64,000 nt of DNA from Kondoa subrosea (taxonomy: Eukaryota): assembly GCA_039545335.1 (NCBI GenBank), contig BCIN01000004.1:982925-1046924 (forward strand), in the 5' to 3' direction. The number at the start of each line of letters is the position of its first letter. Position 1 is the stretch's first letter. Shown here one piece after another: positions 51,086 through 63,333 of the stretch. Below the pieces are notes generated by a model that saw only the letters and a program-made list of their open reading frames with translations, had not been told where the DNA came from and made no database searches. The translations under genes were made by a program, and so were the position numbers.

Positions 51086-51928
51086 AACTGATTAGATGAA
51101 GTGTAAAAGGGCAGTGTCAATTGTTCTTTATACATAGAATCTATGATGTACCAATGCATAATAGTGAGAAAATGCATTTTCATACTGTTAGTCATTGAAT
51201 TTATTGCCTGAACTCGATATCTGCAAACCCTACTATACAAATTATCCGAATGACGATCGCGATTCAGTCCGAGGCAGAGCGACGAAAGACATGTTTCCAG
51301 ATCTAGAATGTCCAGCGCGAAGGGAGAATGAAGATTGAGGTTGTTTAAGCACAGAGTCGAGGTTGTGATAGCCATAAAGAGGAAACTCAGATGCTGTGGT
51401 GGCTGGACTAAAGAAGGTTTCCAGGACAGATTCGTTTGGATGATGATAAAGCTCGTTGTCTGAGTAGCGGTTCAAAGGTGTTCTCGGTGAATTAGATACG
51501 GTAAGTCTTGGAATCGAGCTGACCGAAGAACTCAATCTTGCTCTTCAGACCCGGCGAACGAGCAATGGAGCTAGGGGCAGTGCAAGAAAGCGGTTCTTCT
51601 GTACCAGAACGTGAAGATCTTTGCGCCTAGGACGGCAAGGGGTATTCTGATGTACGACTCTGATATATTGGACCATTGCCTTGAAGCCGACTTGAGCGTA
51701 GTTCGTCTGAAATGATAGCCTGCGAACTGAAGTCAACCGAAGCGTAGACATCTATCCGTCTGCTCATTTGACTAGATCTTCCATGTGATCTTCCAAGATT
51801 GGCATTGATCTATCTCTGCCGAGCGGCCCTTTCTCCTCCGAGATCAAAGATGTTCTGGAAGCCTTGGTCATGAGGAGAGCATCATTATATACATGTTGTG
51901 TTTGCATCTCGATAGCAGACATTCAAAG

Positions 51929-51951
51929 AGCAGCAGCAGCAGCAGCAGCAG
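51929..51951. repeat. (GCA)n trinucleotide microsatellite
   Basis: Run of gca units directly visible. Confidence 0.85.
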
Positions 51952-54112
51952 AACATAGAGGTAGGAAAGTGCTAAGTCCAGCTTGAAGTATAAACGCCCA
52001 ATACACTTGCAGCAAGCAGGGCCTGGTATCTTATAGCGCCAGCGCAAATCTCTATCAGATGCTCAGGTATCTTTGCTTGGCGCTGAAGCAGGCGAGCTGC
52101 CTTCCCCTTCGCTACTTTCGATGAAAGCTTTGTTCGAGGTCAACCGTGATCCTTGAATATCTCGAGGCCAGACACTGTCTAGCCACTATTCTGTCTGCTT
52201 CTCATCCACCTTGCTCTTTCTGCTGTAGAAATCTGTCATGTCTGGCGCTTCTTTGCGATTTGTTCCACGAGTGATTTCATTTGTTTTGCCTTGGCTTTGA
52301 AGTGCTCTCTCAATCTGTTATTGCTGCAGTCCTTTCGTGATTTAATCAACAAGGCTGGTTACGATGCAGTCGGATAAGGCATCTCGTCATTACAAAGGAT
52401 AGGCCAGGCAAGGTGATTGCAAGTATGGAGACTAAAAAGCGCAATGGTAACATCAAGCGTTTCTTCTAGACTCAATCAGGCATTTGGAGTGATTAATGAA
52501 TCTTCTGAATGGATTGCATGGAATTCTCATTTCAAGTCTGGTCGATACAATGGCTTTGTGGTCGATACAATGGCTTCGTTAGCTCTAACGAGCTCAGGTC
52601 TACGGATGACAGAAGCGTTCGTTCTCTCCGGCTTGAATCTCTGCTTTCTTCGACTGATAGGAATCGCAGAAGCACTGATCCATCAATCGCGTGGATGCAG
52701 TGGGATTCAGTGCGCAGTAAGGCTCTCTCCAGATCAGCTTCCTTTGTGCTGCTCATAGTCCCGGAGATCAATCAGCGTAAAACTTCTCTCACTACCTATA
52801 TATGCATTTTGAATTTGAAACAATGTAAAGGTCATCCATCCAAACAATCACTTATATCATCATCTTGATCAGAAAGACTGACGATTTGGTCGCTGCTGGC
52901 ACGCATACGCAATACATCGCCAATCCGCCGATGCACCGGCATAGCAAAATATCAAATTCGATGTAAGTATACGTGTAATCGCAGCTCAAGTGATGAGACT
53001 CATGATATTGCACAGGATGGGGTAGAACGTGATTGGAAGTCAACTGCAAGATCTTCCGGGCTATGCTGTAGATGAATCAAAGTGAATGTCTTCCACCACT
53101 CAAGGTGCAGCGCCTACAGAAGCAGAAGACTTGAATATGTAGCTGAGCTTTGGTTTTTTTTGGTCAGAAGATGTAGACCTGCAGTCAAGATTGCCATGGA
53201 GAATGATGCTTCGAGAAGGTGCATTACTTCTTTTGCTTCAATTCTGAACGTCCGATATGGTTTGAATTCGTAAGCGACGCACTGACAAGAGTCTGTCTTC
53301 AAGAGACTCTTACAAATATGGGCAGTGAGTAGTCTCTACTGCACATCTGTGACGCGCGGTGATGTTCAAAGGTCACAGGTTTGCTTGTAACTCCGCCGAT
53401 GCGAAAAGCCCCAAGAGAAGTTTTTGCATGCGTGGAGTAAACACCTTAAGATGGACAATAAAAGAACCGGTCAAAGGCCCTCGTTAATCGCTCAAGCATG
53501 AGGAAGTCAAGGCCTCGGCAGCTACCTTGGACCATATCCTGCACGCTTTCTTCGCGAGAAAGTCATCAATGAAGCTCTGCGCATCTTCGAGCTAGATCAT
53601 CTTGAAGCCCATTGGGGGCCTAAGTGTTTCTTTGCATGCTATGTGTGATAAACGTTTCGAGACCTTTTCCATCCTCCTTCTCAGTCATCTTCCAGACCAG
53701 GTAGTTCACTTTTCCTCGTCTCTGCTGCCTTCTCTAGTGTATGCCACAGCTTGAGCGTGATTCGTCCAATTTCGTCCCATCTCTTGCTGTCAAGACCTAG
53801 CAGGTAGTCCATCACTTTTACTTCCTTGACATCCCTGTTGAGCTTCTGTGTCTCTTGCTCTTGCACCATTCGCAAATTTCTTCCTCTTCGCTGTCCCTGA
53901 TCTTCCCTCTCGAGCCAATGAGCCAATCAGTCGATCATGCGATGAAACGATGAAACGATATTCTCGATGAAAACGAGATTCTCGATTGGCTTCGAAGTCA
54001 GCTACAGCCGACCACTACGTTAGTTTTCCGGGGCTGTCCTACAGAACTATGGTCAAGTATTCAGAGAGCGCACAAGATGTTAGTGGTCTCCAATATGTCA
54101 TGGACGGTTAGC

Positions 54113-54181
54113 GTGAGTTTCTCTCTGGAAGAGAAAAGAAAAGGAAATAATTTCTCCTCCTTCCTTCTTAAAAAAAAACAG
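54113..54181 (+). other. 69-nt GT-AG (spliceosomal-type) intron in the tRNA-Ile D-stem, between nt 11 and 12
   Basis: Starts GTGAGT and ends CAG. Precise removal restores the D-stem and A-box. Only a weak branch-site candidate (CTTAA, 54167-54171). Confidence 0.75.
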
Positions 54182-54208
54182 TCAGTTGGTTAGAGCGTCG
54201 TACTAATA

Positions 54209-54224
54209 GATCATCCTATTCGTA
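54209..54224 (+). other. Canonical 16-nt tRNA intron at position 37/38
   Basis: GATCATCCTATTCGTA lies one base 3' of the AAT anticodon and contains TATT, complementary to AATA. Confidence 0.88.
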
Positions 54225-54260
54225 ATGCGAAGGTCACCAGTTCAACCCTGGTACTGTTCA

Positions 54261-54269
54261 TTTCTTTTT
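54261..54269 (+). terminator. RNA polymerase III terminator (T tract)
   Basis: TTTCTTTTT immediately follows the tRNA discriminator base. Confidence 0.75.
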
Positions 54270-54899
54270 GCCTGCGTTTTGGGGAAAAACACCGCGTCAT
54301 TGTCAGTTTCCGAGATATCCGTTTCTTTTTGATCTTTTTTCCTGACAATCTCTGTGTGACTTAAGAAAACAAAACCGCTGCATATTGCTTGTCTATTGAT
54401 TAGACGCCAGCCGCATTTCGGCACGAAAAAGCGAACTGTAATCTGATCTGTGCAGGCCACTGCAGCCAGACGTGAAAGCAGCTTTCAAAGTTCGCGGCGC
54501 GTTTGTCATTACATAATCCGCGAGGAAGGTCCAAGCGCTCTGACATTCCGACACAGTCGAGCTCTGGCACAAGATTTAAACCTGACAATAGGATTAAGAG
54601 GAAGTCACTCCAGTTAGCATTCTACGAGTGAAGGCATATAGATGCACAGCCCAATGAGCATTTAGATGGTACTTTCGGAACGCATACGAGCAATTTCACG
54701 ATTACGTAACCAATTTCCGATCATGTTAGGGATCGGCCATCGTTTCATCAGAACAGTCTCTCTCACAGTCACTGCACGTCGAATCTGTCTGCCTGCTCAT
54801 CCTATTGCAACCAGTGGGTTTCCTTGGAATACGCACCAATACACCCTCATTTGGCTAGCAGAATCATCTCAGATCTCCTACCTTCGCTACTACTCCAAG

Positions 54900-55507
54900 A
54901 TGAAGCCTGAATCAGAAGGTATATCAAGCTCTATATCCCGTTGCCTTGCACTCATTGAACGCAGTCATCTCCGAATTCAATGAATACGTCAACATGTCCG
55001 CAGACGAGCTTCAAGAATGGTTAGGCTCTGAGGAATCCGAAGGTGCTGGTTGGAAGTCATCTAATGGTGACGGAGAGACTGTTGGTCATGAAAGGTCCGT
55101 TCATCCAACAAAAGTAGACGAAGCTTATAATGACAGAACAGCGGTCGAAAAATCGTTGATATTCTTGAGCGAAACCCGGACAAGGACGAAGATAAATACA
55201 CTGAAGAAGGTAAGGCATATGCACACCAGCGAACACAGACCGATTTGCACCGATAGATATCGCTCACATGCGCAAAGTTGTTGCTTATTGCAAGCGTCAT
55301 CTAGCCCAGGAAGACAAGATGAAGGTGAGTAACAGTCTCATATATGTCTGAGCATACTAATGTTGATACAGGAAACTAAGAGTCCAGAGGAGTTGGAGCA
55401 AACCAAATCTACTAAATCGCTCAAGGTGAGCTCTCCGCGTTGTGAATCGTGCTTGTGCTGAGCAAACATTCTAGAACTGGGGACATGATCCATTGAAGAA
55501 TATGTAA
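54900..55507 (+). CDS. DUF3140-family small protein, multi-exon
   Basis: FNEYVNMSADELQEWL, ETVGHESGRKIVDIL, HMRKVVAYCKRHLAQ, SLKNWGHDP. Confidence 0.85.
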
Positions 55508-56470
55508 TTTCGAGGAATCAATAAACTGAAATTGAAAGATGCAGTTGTTCTGTTAGTTTGCCGAGTTATGCCTTGCTTGTTTCCGTTTCCCGTTTCATTC
55601 TAACCATGTTCCAAACTATGCGCTGAGAGAAGCCGGCGCTTAGAAGATGAGAGAGGCTGATGCCGAACGAAAGTCGACCAAACTTATTTCGGTTAGACAA
55701 CAAGAACAGGCTGCCAGTTGTACACTGGCAGGCAGCATAAGAATTCATGAATCATGATAAGTAAAGAACAAGATGATTTAGCACAGAAGCCCTTCGATCA
55801 GCTTTGAGCCTTATCGACACTTGGTATTGCTGAACATCAAAACCTCATGCGGACGCCATTGCGATGAAAGGGACGGTAGCAGTGAAATAGCACTGGCTTG
55901 AAAAATATATCATTTTAACAAAAGTACGCAAACTCATTTTGTTGTCGGATGACTTCCGCTTTGGCAAGGCAGCGAGTATCAGGCTTGGGCCGCTTCACTT
56001 TGGGCAAGAGGCAGCATGCCGCCTGAGGACTCTGTCTTTTTCTAGCACAGTGCCTTGTCAGGCATACAAGAACAGCCGAAAGAGGTACTTGCGAACAGCT
56101 GGAGCAATTCCAGCCGTAGAATCTGGAATGTATGCATCCATGCAAGAACAGAGAGCAAAGAAGAAGAGAAATATAAGAGGCAGAAGACAGAATGTACTCA
56201 AACGGATGTGCCAGACTCAACGTTCACACAAGGATGAAGAAACAGGAAAACGGCTTGCAACAAGCGAAAGGAATGATAACATGAATAGACAGTGCTTCTA
56301 GACTTCAAACAACGCAGCCGAGGTCTCGAATGTCGACCCAATACACATCCGCACTTTGAGTTGAGCACTCCTTGTTCCGAACCAAGTTCCTATCTTGTGC
56401 GAAAAAAAGAACAGTACTGGCTGCCACTGATCGTTTATCTTCTATCTCTGCACATTTGAACAACTCTACC

Positions 56471-59162
56471 ATGTCTGAAGCAAGGTGAATACACAAAGCA
56501 TGACGGAATACACTTCTGTCCTATGCTTGCAAAAGACCTCTGGCTGATCTGGTCCTGTGTCACAGCTGTGATATCGGTCTTATTGGCCTGGCCGTACGTC
56601 CAAAGAGCTCGGAATAGGAGATGTAGCAAGGCTTATATGAGAGAATCCGCAAAACAGGTCATGGGCTGCAATTTGGTGCTCAAGTAAGTTCTCTAGCTGG
56701 TCTGAGTCCCTTACATGCTCATTTTGCTTCTGTAGCATGAACGACAAGGTCCGGCATCATTCAGAGTCTCTAAAATGCTGAATACTTACTCGATTCTATA
56801 CTTAGGGCTTCAAAGTCGGTGTCTTCAACAGAACAGTGGTACGTCTGCTTCTGAAAGCTCTCTAATGCAATCTCACCTTGTGCTTTCAGTCCAAAGTCGA
56901 TGCTTTCCTTGAAGAGGGCGCAAAAGGTTTGAACAGGTCCAACTCGAATGCACATTCATCTCAAGTATTTTGCACGCAGGCACCAACGTCGTTGGCACTC
57001 ACTCTTTGGAAGAACTTATCAAAGTACTCAAGAAACCAAGAAAGATTATTCTTCTCGTCAAAGCAGGCAAAGCGGTAGACGATTTCATTGAAGCTATGAT
57101 TAAAGCTGGTTTGGAAAAGGGTGACATCATTATTGATGGTGGAAACTCTCACTACCCTGATTCTATGCGTCGCACAAAAGAATTGGAAACCAAAGGTTTC
57201 CTTTTCGTCGGTTCAGGCGTTTCCGGTGGTGAAGAGGGAGCTCGTCATGGACCTTCTATCAGTGAGTAACAACCAAAGCTAGGAGAGGATTGTACTCAGA
57301 TTGCTTGTGTGTTGTCTCACAGTGCCCGGTGGATCAGATGCTGCTTGGCCTGAAATCAAGGAAATCTTCCAAAAGACCGCTGCGCAGTCTGACGGAGAGG
57401 TGAGGATGCTGTTCTACTTGTCTGGCAATAATTGATCCTCGCCATAGCCATGCTGCGACTGGGTGTATGTGTCCATTGCCTTGAAGTAGAATATTCACTG
57501 ACCCTTCCTCCATAGCGGTCCCGAAGGAGCAGGACACGTAGGTCGATCTCCTACTTCAGCTCGTCTGTAGCTGAGTTGGTTGTTCGCGCTACAGTACGTC
57601 AAGATGGTTCATAATGGCATCGAATATGGTGATATGCAATTGATCTGCGAAGCCTACGATATTATGAAGCGCGGTCTTCAACTACCTGATAAAGAGATTG
57701 CTCAAGTCTTCACAAAGTGGAACAAGGGCGTTCTTGATTCTTTCCTCATTGAGATTGTTCGTCATCCTTTACCTATCGCAATATGTATATGCTTATCGGG
57801 TATTATGGGTGATGTTCAGACTTGCGATATCCTCAATTACGATGATGAAGATGGTACACCTATGGTCAACAAGATTTTAGATGTTGCTGGCCAAAAAGGA
57901 ACAGGAAAATGGACCGCCATCAACGCTCTCGATCTAGGTATGCAACGTATTTACGACATCTGTACATCAGCTCATGGTCCACTGTAGGCATGCCCGTTAC
58001 TCTGATCGGAGAAGCCGTCTTTGCTCGATGCTTGTCATCCATCAAGTCCGAGCGTATCGCTGCATCCAAGAAGCTCAATGGTCCAGATGCTGAACCTTTC
58101 AAGGGCGACAAGCAACAATTTATTGATGATCTCGAACAAGCTCTTTACGCCTCAAAGATCATCTCGTTGGTTTATTTTACTGTCAGGTTGCAGTGTGATG
58201 CTTAGACTGTAGCCATTGCGAACAGATACACCCAAGGTTTCATCCTCATGCGTGAAGCTGCTAAAGAATATGGCTGGAAGTTGAACAACGCTGGCATTGC
58301 CCTCATGTGGCGCGGAGGTTCGTCGACCGTCGACTATGCTCGAAGAGCTGGTGTCTTGACAATCTGATGTACAGGCTGCATCATTCGCTCTGTCTTCCTT
58401 AAGGATATCACCAAAGCTTTCAGGGACGAACCCGAATTGGAATCCCTCCTCTTCAACCAATTCTTCATGAATGCTATTCACAAAGCTCAACCTGGCTGGC
58501 GCCGAATTTGCGCTCAAGCGTCATTATGGGGAATTGTGAGTGCCCATGCTATGAGCTTCAGACAATTCTGATGCTATACATTGATGTCGCCTGACAGCCT
58601 ATTCCTGCTTTCTCGACCGCTTTGTCCTTCTATGACGGTTACCGTACTGAGAACCTACCTGCTTCTTTATTGCAAGCTCAGTGAGTGAGATGCTGCGTGC
58701 ACTGGCGTCATGCTGATGCACGTCTTTTCTCTCCTTTCACAGGAGAGATTACTTTGGTGCTCGTAAGCTTCTCATCATCTGACATATCGGAACTGAGACT
58801 GATTACTTTGTATGTCCCAGATGTCAGTCGAAGGCTATGCAGATCTTTGTATTTGACTAATCTTTGCATCATCTTCTAATTGACAGAGTAAGTACCGTAC
58901 ATGATAGACCTATACGTTTTGGGCTAACGATTTGTTTTGCAGCTTTCCGCATCAAGCCAGAGCACGCCAACGAGAAGTACAAGGAAGGCGAAGACATTCA
59001 CGTCAACTGGACTGGCCGAGGTCAGACCTCATTGCGTTCCGATGTTCGATGACTATTGCTAATAAAGTGATGCAGGTGGAAACATCAGCTCATCTACGTA
59101 TGTTCTACTTTATCAAAACCATTGGTCATACTCATGTTTCTACAACTAGTTACAACGCTTAA
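56471..59162 (+). CDS. GND1: 6-phosphogluconate dehydrogenase (decarboxylating), about 21 introns including microexons
   Basis: [80 protein letters not shown]. Confidence 0.97.
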
Positions 59163-59410
59163 GCGCAAACAAAGGGGTGCTGTTGTCCAAAGGGAGAGTG
59201 TAATGCAAAATATACTTAGACTTGCTATGCTGCAAAGAGATTCGAATCGTACAGCGACTGTGACTTGCTGCATTTCTGCTAGGATATTATTAGGACGACA
59301 ACAAAACGAAATCTAGGGAAACGAATGCATTAGATGCGACAACAAACAAGTGTAAATTTACAATATGCAAAAGTCCATGACAAAAAGTCCGTTACTCGTT
59401 CTGAGCCAAT

Positions 59411-60699
59411 CTATAGCGTGACTTTCAAAGTACCAAAGATCAAACCGCTCAAAGTGATGATTCCAGCAAAGAGAAGATGATCCAATGCTAGCTTGTTTGG
59501 CGCTCCGGAAGTGGATCCAGCAGTTGCAGTTGTTGATCCTGCTGATGAACTAGCTGCTCCGTTAGCTTCTACCACACTTGAAGGAATATTGTCGTTGTTG
59601 AATGAATCTGGATTCGTTAAAATTCAGCACGGACGATTTTAGCTTTAGGAAAATTAGTGAACATACCACCGCATTTGGATACTGCTTGACTGCGAATAGT
59701 AGAAGCAGCAGTTGATGAAGGGGAAACTGCTTGAGCCAAGGCTTCCCCTTTGACGACCCTATTAAGTATAGATCAGCTTCATTCCTTGTACGATTAAATG
59801 CTGACGAACAAGGCTTTTCCGCAATCAGTACATACATCTGCTGGGGTAGCAGAAGAAACCAAGGAAGAAAGACCGTTGCCGGCCAAAATTTTGACGAGGG
59901 AAGTCAATGTGATTTGCTGGTTGGTAGAATTCTGTTCGGTCCGAAAGCTAAGCATCCGACTAAATATTAAAGGCGAGATGGAGATTCACCTGAACGCCTC
60001 CAAGAATGGTCGGAACGCAATAAGTGTTGTTGGAAGAATATTGCTGGCAAAGCATAGATCGAACGAGCTGTCAGGAATCACACAGCTCCAAATAAGCAAG
60101 ATATTTTGCGAGCATGCGTCAACACTGACTGGGTATTGCTGAATGACGGTATTAGCGCCCGTTACTAGATCGTTGTTGTTTTTAATCTCGGTGGAACATC
60201 CTTGAGTGAGTGTACTGGAAGCTGAGTTGAGCGTGTCAGATCTGTCCAGAGTAGCGTGCTTCCTTGAGCACAAGATAGAGCTAAGGAGAATACAGCAGAC
60301 GGACGAGCAGGGATCAGCTGAACATAGCCCCCTTGTACCATTCATTACATCAGCTTCCGAGCAAGATCAATAAGACAGTACTTACGAGATCCAGGAATCT
60401 ACTGCAGGTACCAAATCTCCAGAGTTGGTAGCTAAAGAAACTAATCCCTATTCATTCCAAGAAGGTCAGGATGGAATGCGCAGTCTAACAATGAGAAAGC
60501 GAAACGAACGACTAGATTCGCGCTGAAGGGTACGTGGATCAGCTCTACAGTCATCGTGCGGACAATGCTGAGCGTACCATGATGCGAATTGAGAAGAAAC
60601 GAGACTTGCTGCTGAGCTTTGACAACCAGAGGAAAGACCAGAGAGTCCTTGAGCTGTAGCTGTGCTCGCCAGAGCTAGAGAGACTAATAGGTAGAGCAT
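59411..60699 (-). CDS. Secreted, probably GPI-anchored Cys/Ser/Thr-rich protein, multi-exon
   Basis: Signal peptide MLYLLVSLALASTATA, Cys-spaced domain (LSSGCQSSAASL...CSADPCSSDTL), Ser/Thr stalk and hydrophobic C-terminus (LLFAGIITLSGLIFGTLKVTL*). Confidence 0.75.
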
Positions 60700-60900
60700 G
60701 CTTTCGATGAGAGATATGTCAGGGGAATCGTTCAAGATGAGATGCGATTTTGGATTTTGGAAAAGCGCGATGTGAATGCTTGGGGAAAGTATTCGGTAAA
60801 GTATACAATATTTGGTACATTGATCTATTGCTACAATCTGTATGCTGCGAATAGTAAAGATCGCGTTGATCTCGCTCGAGATGGCCGCAGCGCTTGCTGA

Positions 60901-61871
60901 CTAATGATCATGAGCCACAACTTCACCTCTTCCACCAGCAGTAGCAAGACAATTCTGTGCACATAACGCTTAATAAGCTATCGAAACAGCATATCTTCGG
61001 CTCGCACGCACCTGAACCACTTCCAGCAGATGAGTATTCTCCAAAGCAGCTGTCGACACATTGACCATCAGCTGATAACAGCAGAAGTACAAAGGATACT
61101 AACCAGCAACTCTTTCCTTGTCGTTCAACTGCCGATTAACTTGATGTTCGCTTTGATGAGAACCAGCTTTGACTCGGATGTCGACTTTGAACCTTTCTGG
61201 GAGTGCTCGAAGCATTCTGACTCGGATTGAAAGACCTATGAGGGTTGCCATACTGCAGTGAGGAATTCTGTGCACAGAAGCAGAACCTTAGCATGGCAAG
61301 ATGCTTAGAAAACTGCCTCCACGCACGTAGGTGTGAATCTGTGAAGGACAAAGTATCAGTATTCGCATGAGATATGTATGGACCAAGAAGAAGACTAAGA
61401 GAGAGAGAGAGACAGCAAGCAGTGGAAGGCAAGCAGTGGAATGACAGAGGGGAAAAGGGCAAAAACTAAACAGACAGATCTGCTTACTCTATCAACACTC
61501 GAGGTTTTCTGCCATGCTGAATATGTATTTGAGAAGCAGAGACTACAGCCAGTTGTTCGAGCGTGAGGGGATCTGTTTCCTTCCGTTAGCCAGAAAGCTT
61601 CATCAGCACTGCATACGTACGTTCAGGATCAGTGATGCCTCTGATCAAGTCTTATCATATACACAGTCAGACTGATTGATAGCATTGACAGGGATTGCTC
61701 ACCGAAGATCTCATCAGAGTCCAGCAGTTCTTCCTCTGCCTCGCTAGAATCCGATGGTGACTCGTTCCAGTAAAGGGATCTATCAGTTGAGAAGAGATCG
61801 TGTGAAGCTGGAATGGATTTCTGTTTGCCTGTGCTGTGTACTGTCGGATTGGCGTTATCTAGCGAGGACAT
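60901..61871 (-). CDS. CIA2: Cytosolic Fe-S assembly component CIA2 (MIP18/FAM96 family), multi-exon
   Basis: [63 protein letters not shown]. Confidence 0.92.
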
Positions 61872-62112
61872 GGTTGATTCGACAAGAGCATGGGTTTTCT
61901 CAATGCAGCGATGATACCCTGAGCTATGAGAATTTGCCGCAGTGCTTCCAATGGACTGTAGAAGAATGTCAGCTAGGCGACAGAAGTCAGGGCTGCTGCT
62001 GTGCTTCAATATTTAGCGGTTTCGAAGTTTGGAGTGATCTTCCCCCTTTGCGAACTCTCTCTGCTCAGCGCATCACTGCGTCTATACTGCGAGCGGATCC
62101 ACTTTTTGGCTC

Positions 62113-63333
62113 ATGCGGTTCCCTTTCTCGTTCCGATGCTATGTTCGAACAGTTCGACGTCTTGTCTTCTCAGTTGTAATTCGCTATGTCTGCTCTCTCT
62201 TGATCCTTCATGCTGAATTCCTTCTGTTGAACGAGGCTATTGTCCTTGAGACCTCACTCACAAATAGCTTTCAGAGAGGCTATAGCTCTCCCTTCACTCG
62301 CTCACTCCATTTTCTGGTTTGCGTGCAATACTCAACGCTGCTGAATACCATTGGAGTACTGTCTCGTGAAGATCATGTCTGGCTGGCTCAATAAAGTGTT
62401 GATCTGTATAATATGGTTAGCATTTGGGAAGGCGGCTTCCATTGATTTCTACTCGCAAGTCATCCGACTGCTCTCAGCACGATAATGCTGAGATTCAATC
62501 ACAGACTAAACGCTGGTGGTTGCGAACAAACACCTGCCATGACTATATCCAATATAGTCTCTTACACATGCTATTCAATCTCGCAAGAACTCTTCTACAG
62601 CAACACCAAACTCACAATCACAGCAGAAGAAGCGCTGAAATACTCCAAAGGGGTAAAGATCTTCTTTCTCCTTTGTTGAGATGTGTCTTACTGTTTGTAT
62701 TCAAAGATGGTCCTTGATGCCTATGAGGGCCCGAATTGTTCAGGTGCTTTTGAATACTATGGTGTGGATTTGGACAGTGAGTAGCTCTTCATATCCTTGT
62801 GCGCTTAAAGACTCAAACGACTCTATTCAGCCTGCATGACATCCAACTCGACCAAAAGTCGTTCGTCTTTCAGTCTAAGATGGATAGATGTGGATTCTCC
62901 AGCTCCTTATTCGCCTACAATAGCTCTTCGCGTTGAAGCACAGCAAATCCCTTCACCTCCTGCTTTCCTTTCGTCTGCATCACCTTTCTCTCCGTCTGTA
63001 CGGCCAGACGTCAAGTCCAGCACTACCTCCAATAATCCTACTACCACCAAGCAAGCTATACCAATTAACAGCACTCGAACGTCTGTCCAAGTCTCTTCCG
63101 CAATTGCTTCTCCAGCAAATAAGAGCATCAATTCAGCGCCTGAAAGTATCAAGCAATCTTCTTCTCCTTCTTCTCAATCTAGATCTTCAAACATCGCTAT
63201 CTTTGCTGTAGTGGGAGTCAGCTTTGCGATCTGTTTCCTAGGTCTACTCATATTCTGCCGCTTCCGACGTGAGCGAAGGAAAGAAGAACGCTTCCTAGAG
63301 CAACAGACTTATAAAGGCGATTTCGAAGGTTGA
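62113..63333 (+). CDS. Hypothetical single-pass membrane protein with Ser/Thr/Pro-rich stalk (5' structure uncertain)
   Basis: Last exon has an S/T/P-rich region, a TM helix IAIFAVVGVSFAICFLGLLIF and a basic stop-transfer RFRRERRK. Confidence 0.55.

Larger units (their letters stand above)
54102..54260 (+). tRNA. tRNA-Ile(AAU) in three exons (54102-54112, 54182-54208, 54225-54260)
   Basis: Joined exons give a 74-nt cloverleaf: acceptor GGACGGT/ACTGTTC plus discriminator A, D-stem GCTC/GAGC with loop AGTTGGTTA, anticodon stem TCGTA/TGCGA with loop CT-AAT-A^A, variable loop AGGTC, T-stem ACCAG/CTGGT with loop TTCAACC. Confidence 0.9.

Noticed and set aside
53400..53630. RNase MRP-like motifs (GAAAAGCCCC ... 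GGGGGCCTAAGT)
   Set aside because: P4 pairing is imperfect and I could not support the other conserved elements.
54182..54260. 5'-truncated tRNA pseudogene or tRNA-derived SINE
   Set aside because: The missing 11 nt are present upstream and restore all stems, and a terminator follows directly. A pseudogene is not excluded but is less parsimonious.
54299..54349. 8-bp inverted repeat ATTGTCAG/CTGACAAT downstream of the tRNA
   Set aside because: Short, with no target-site duplication or further copies to support a MITE.
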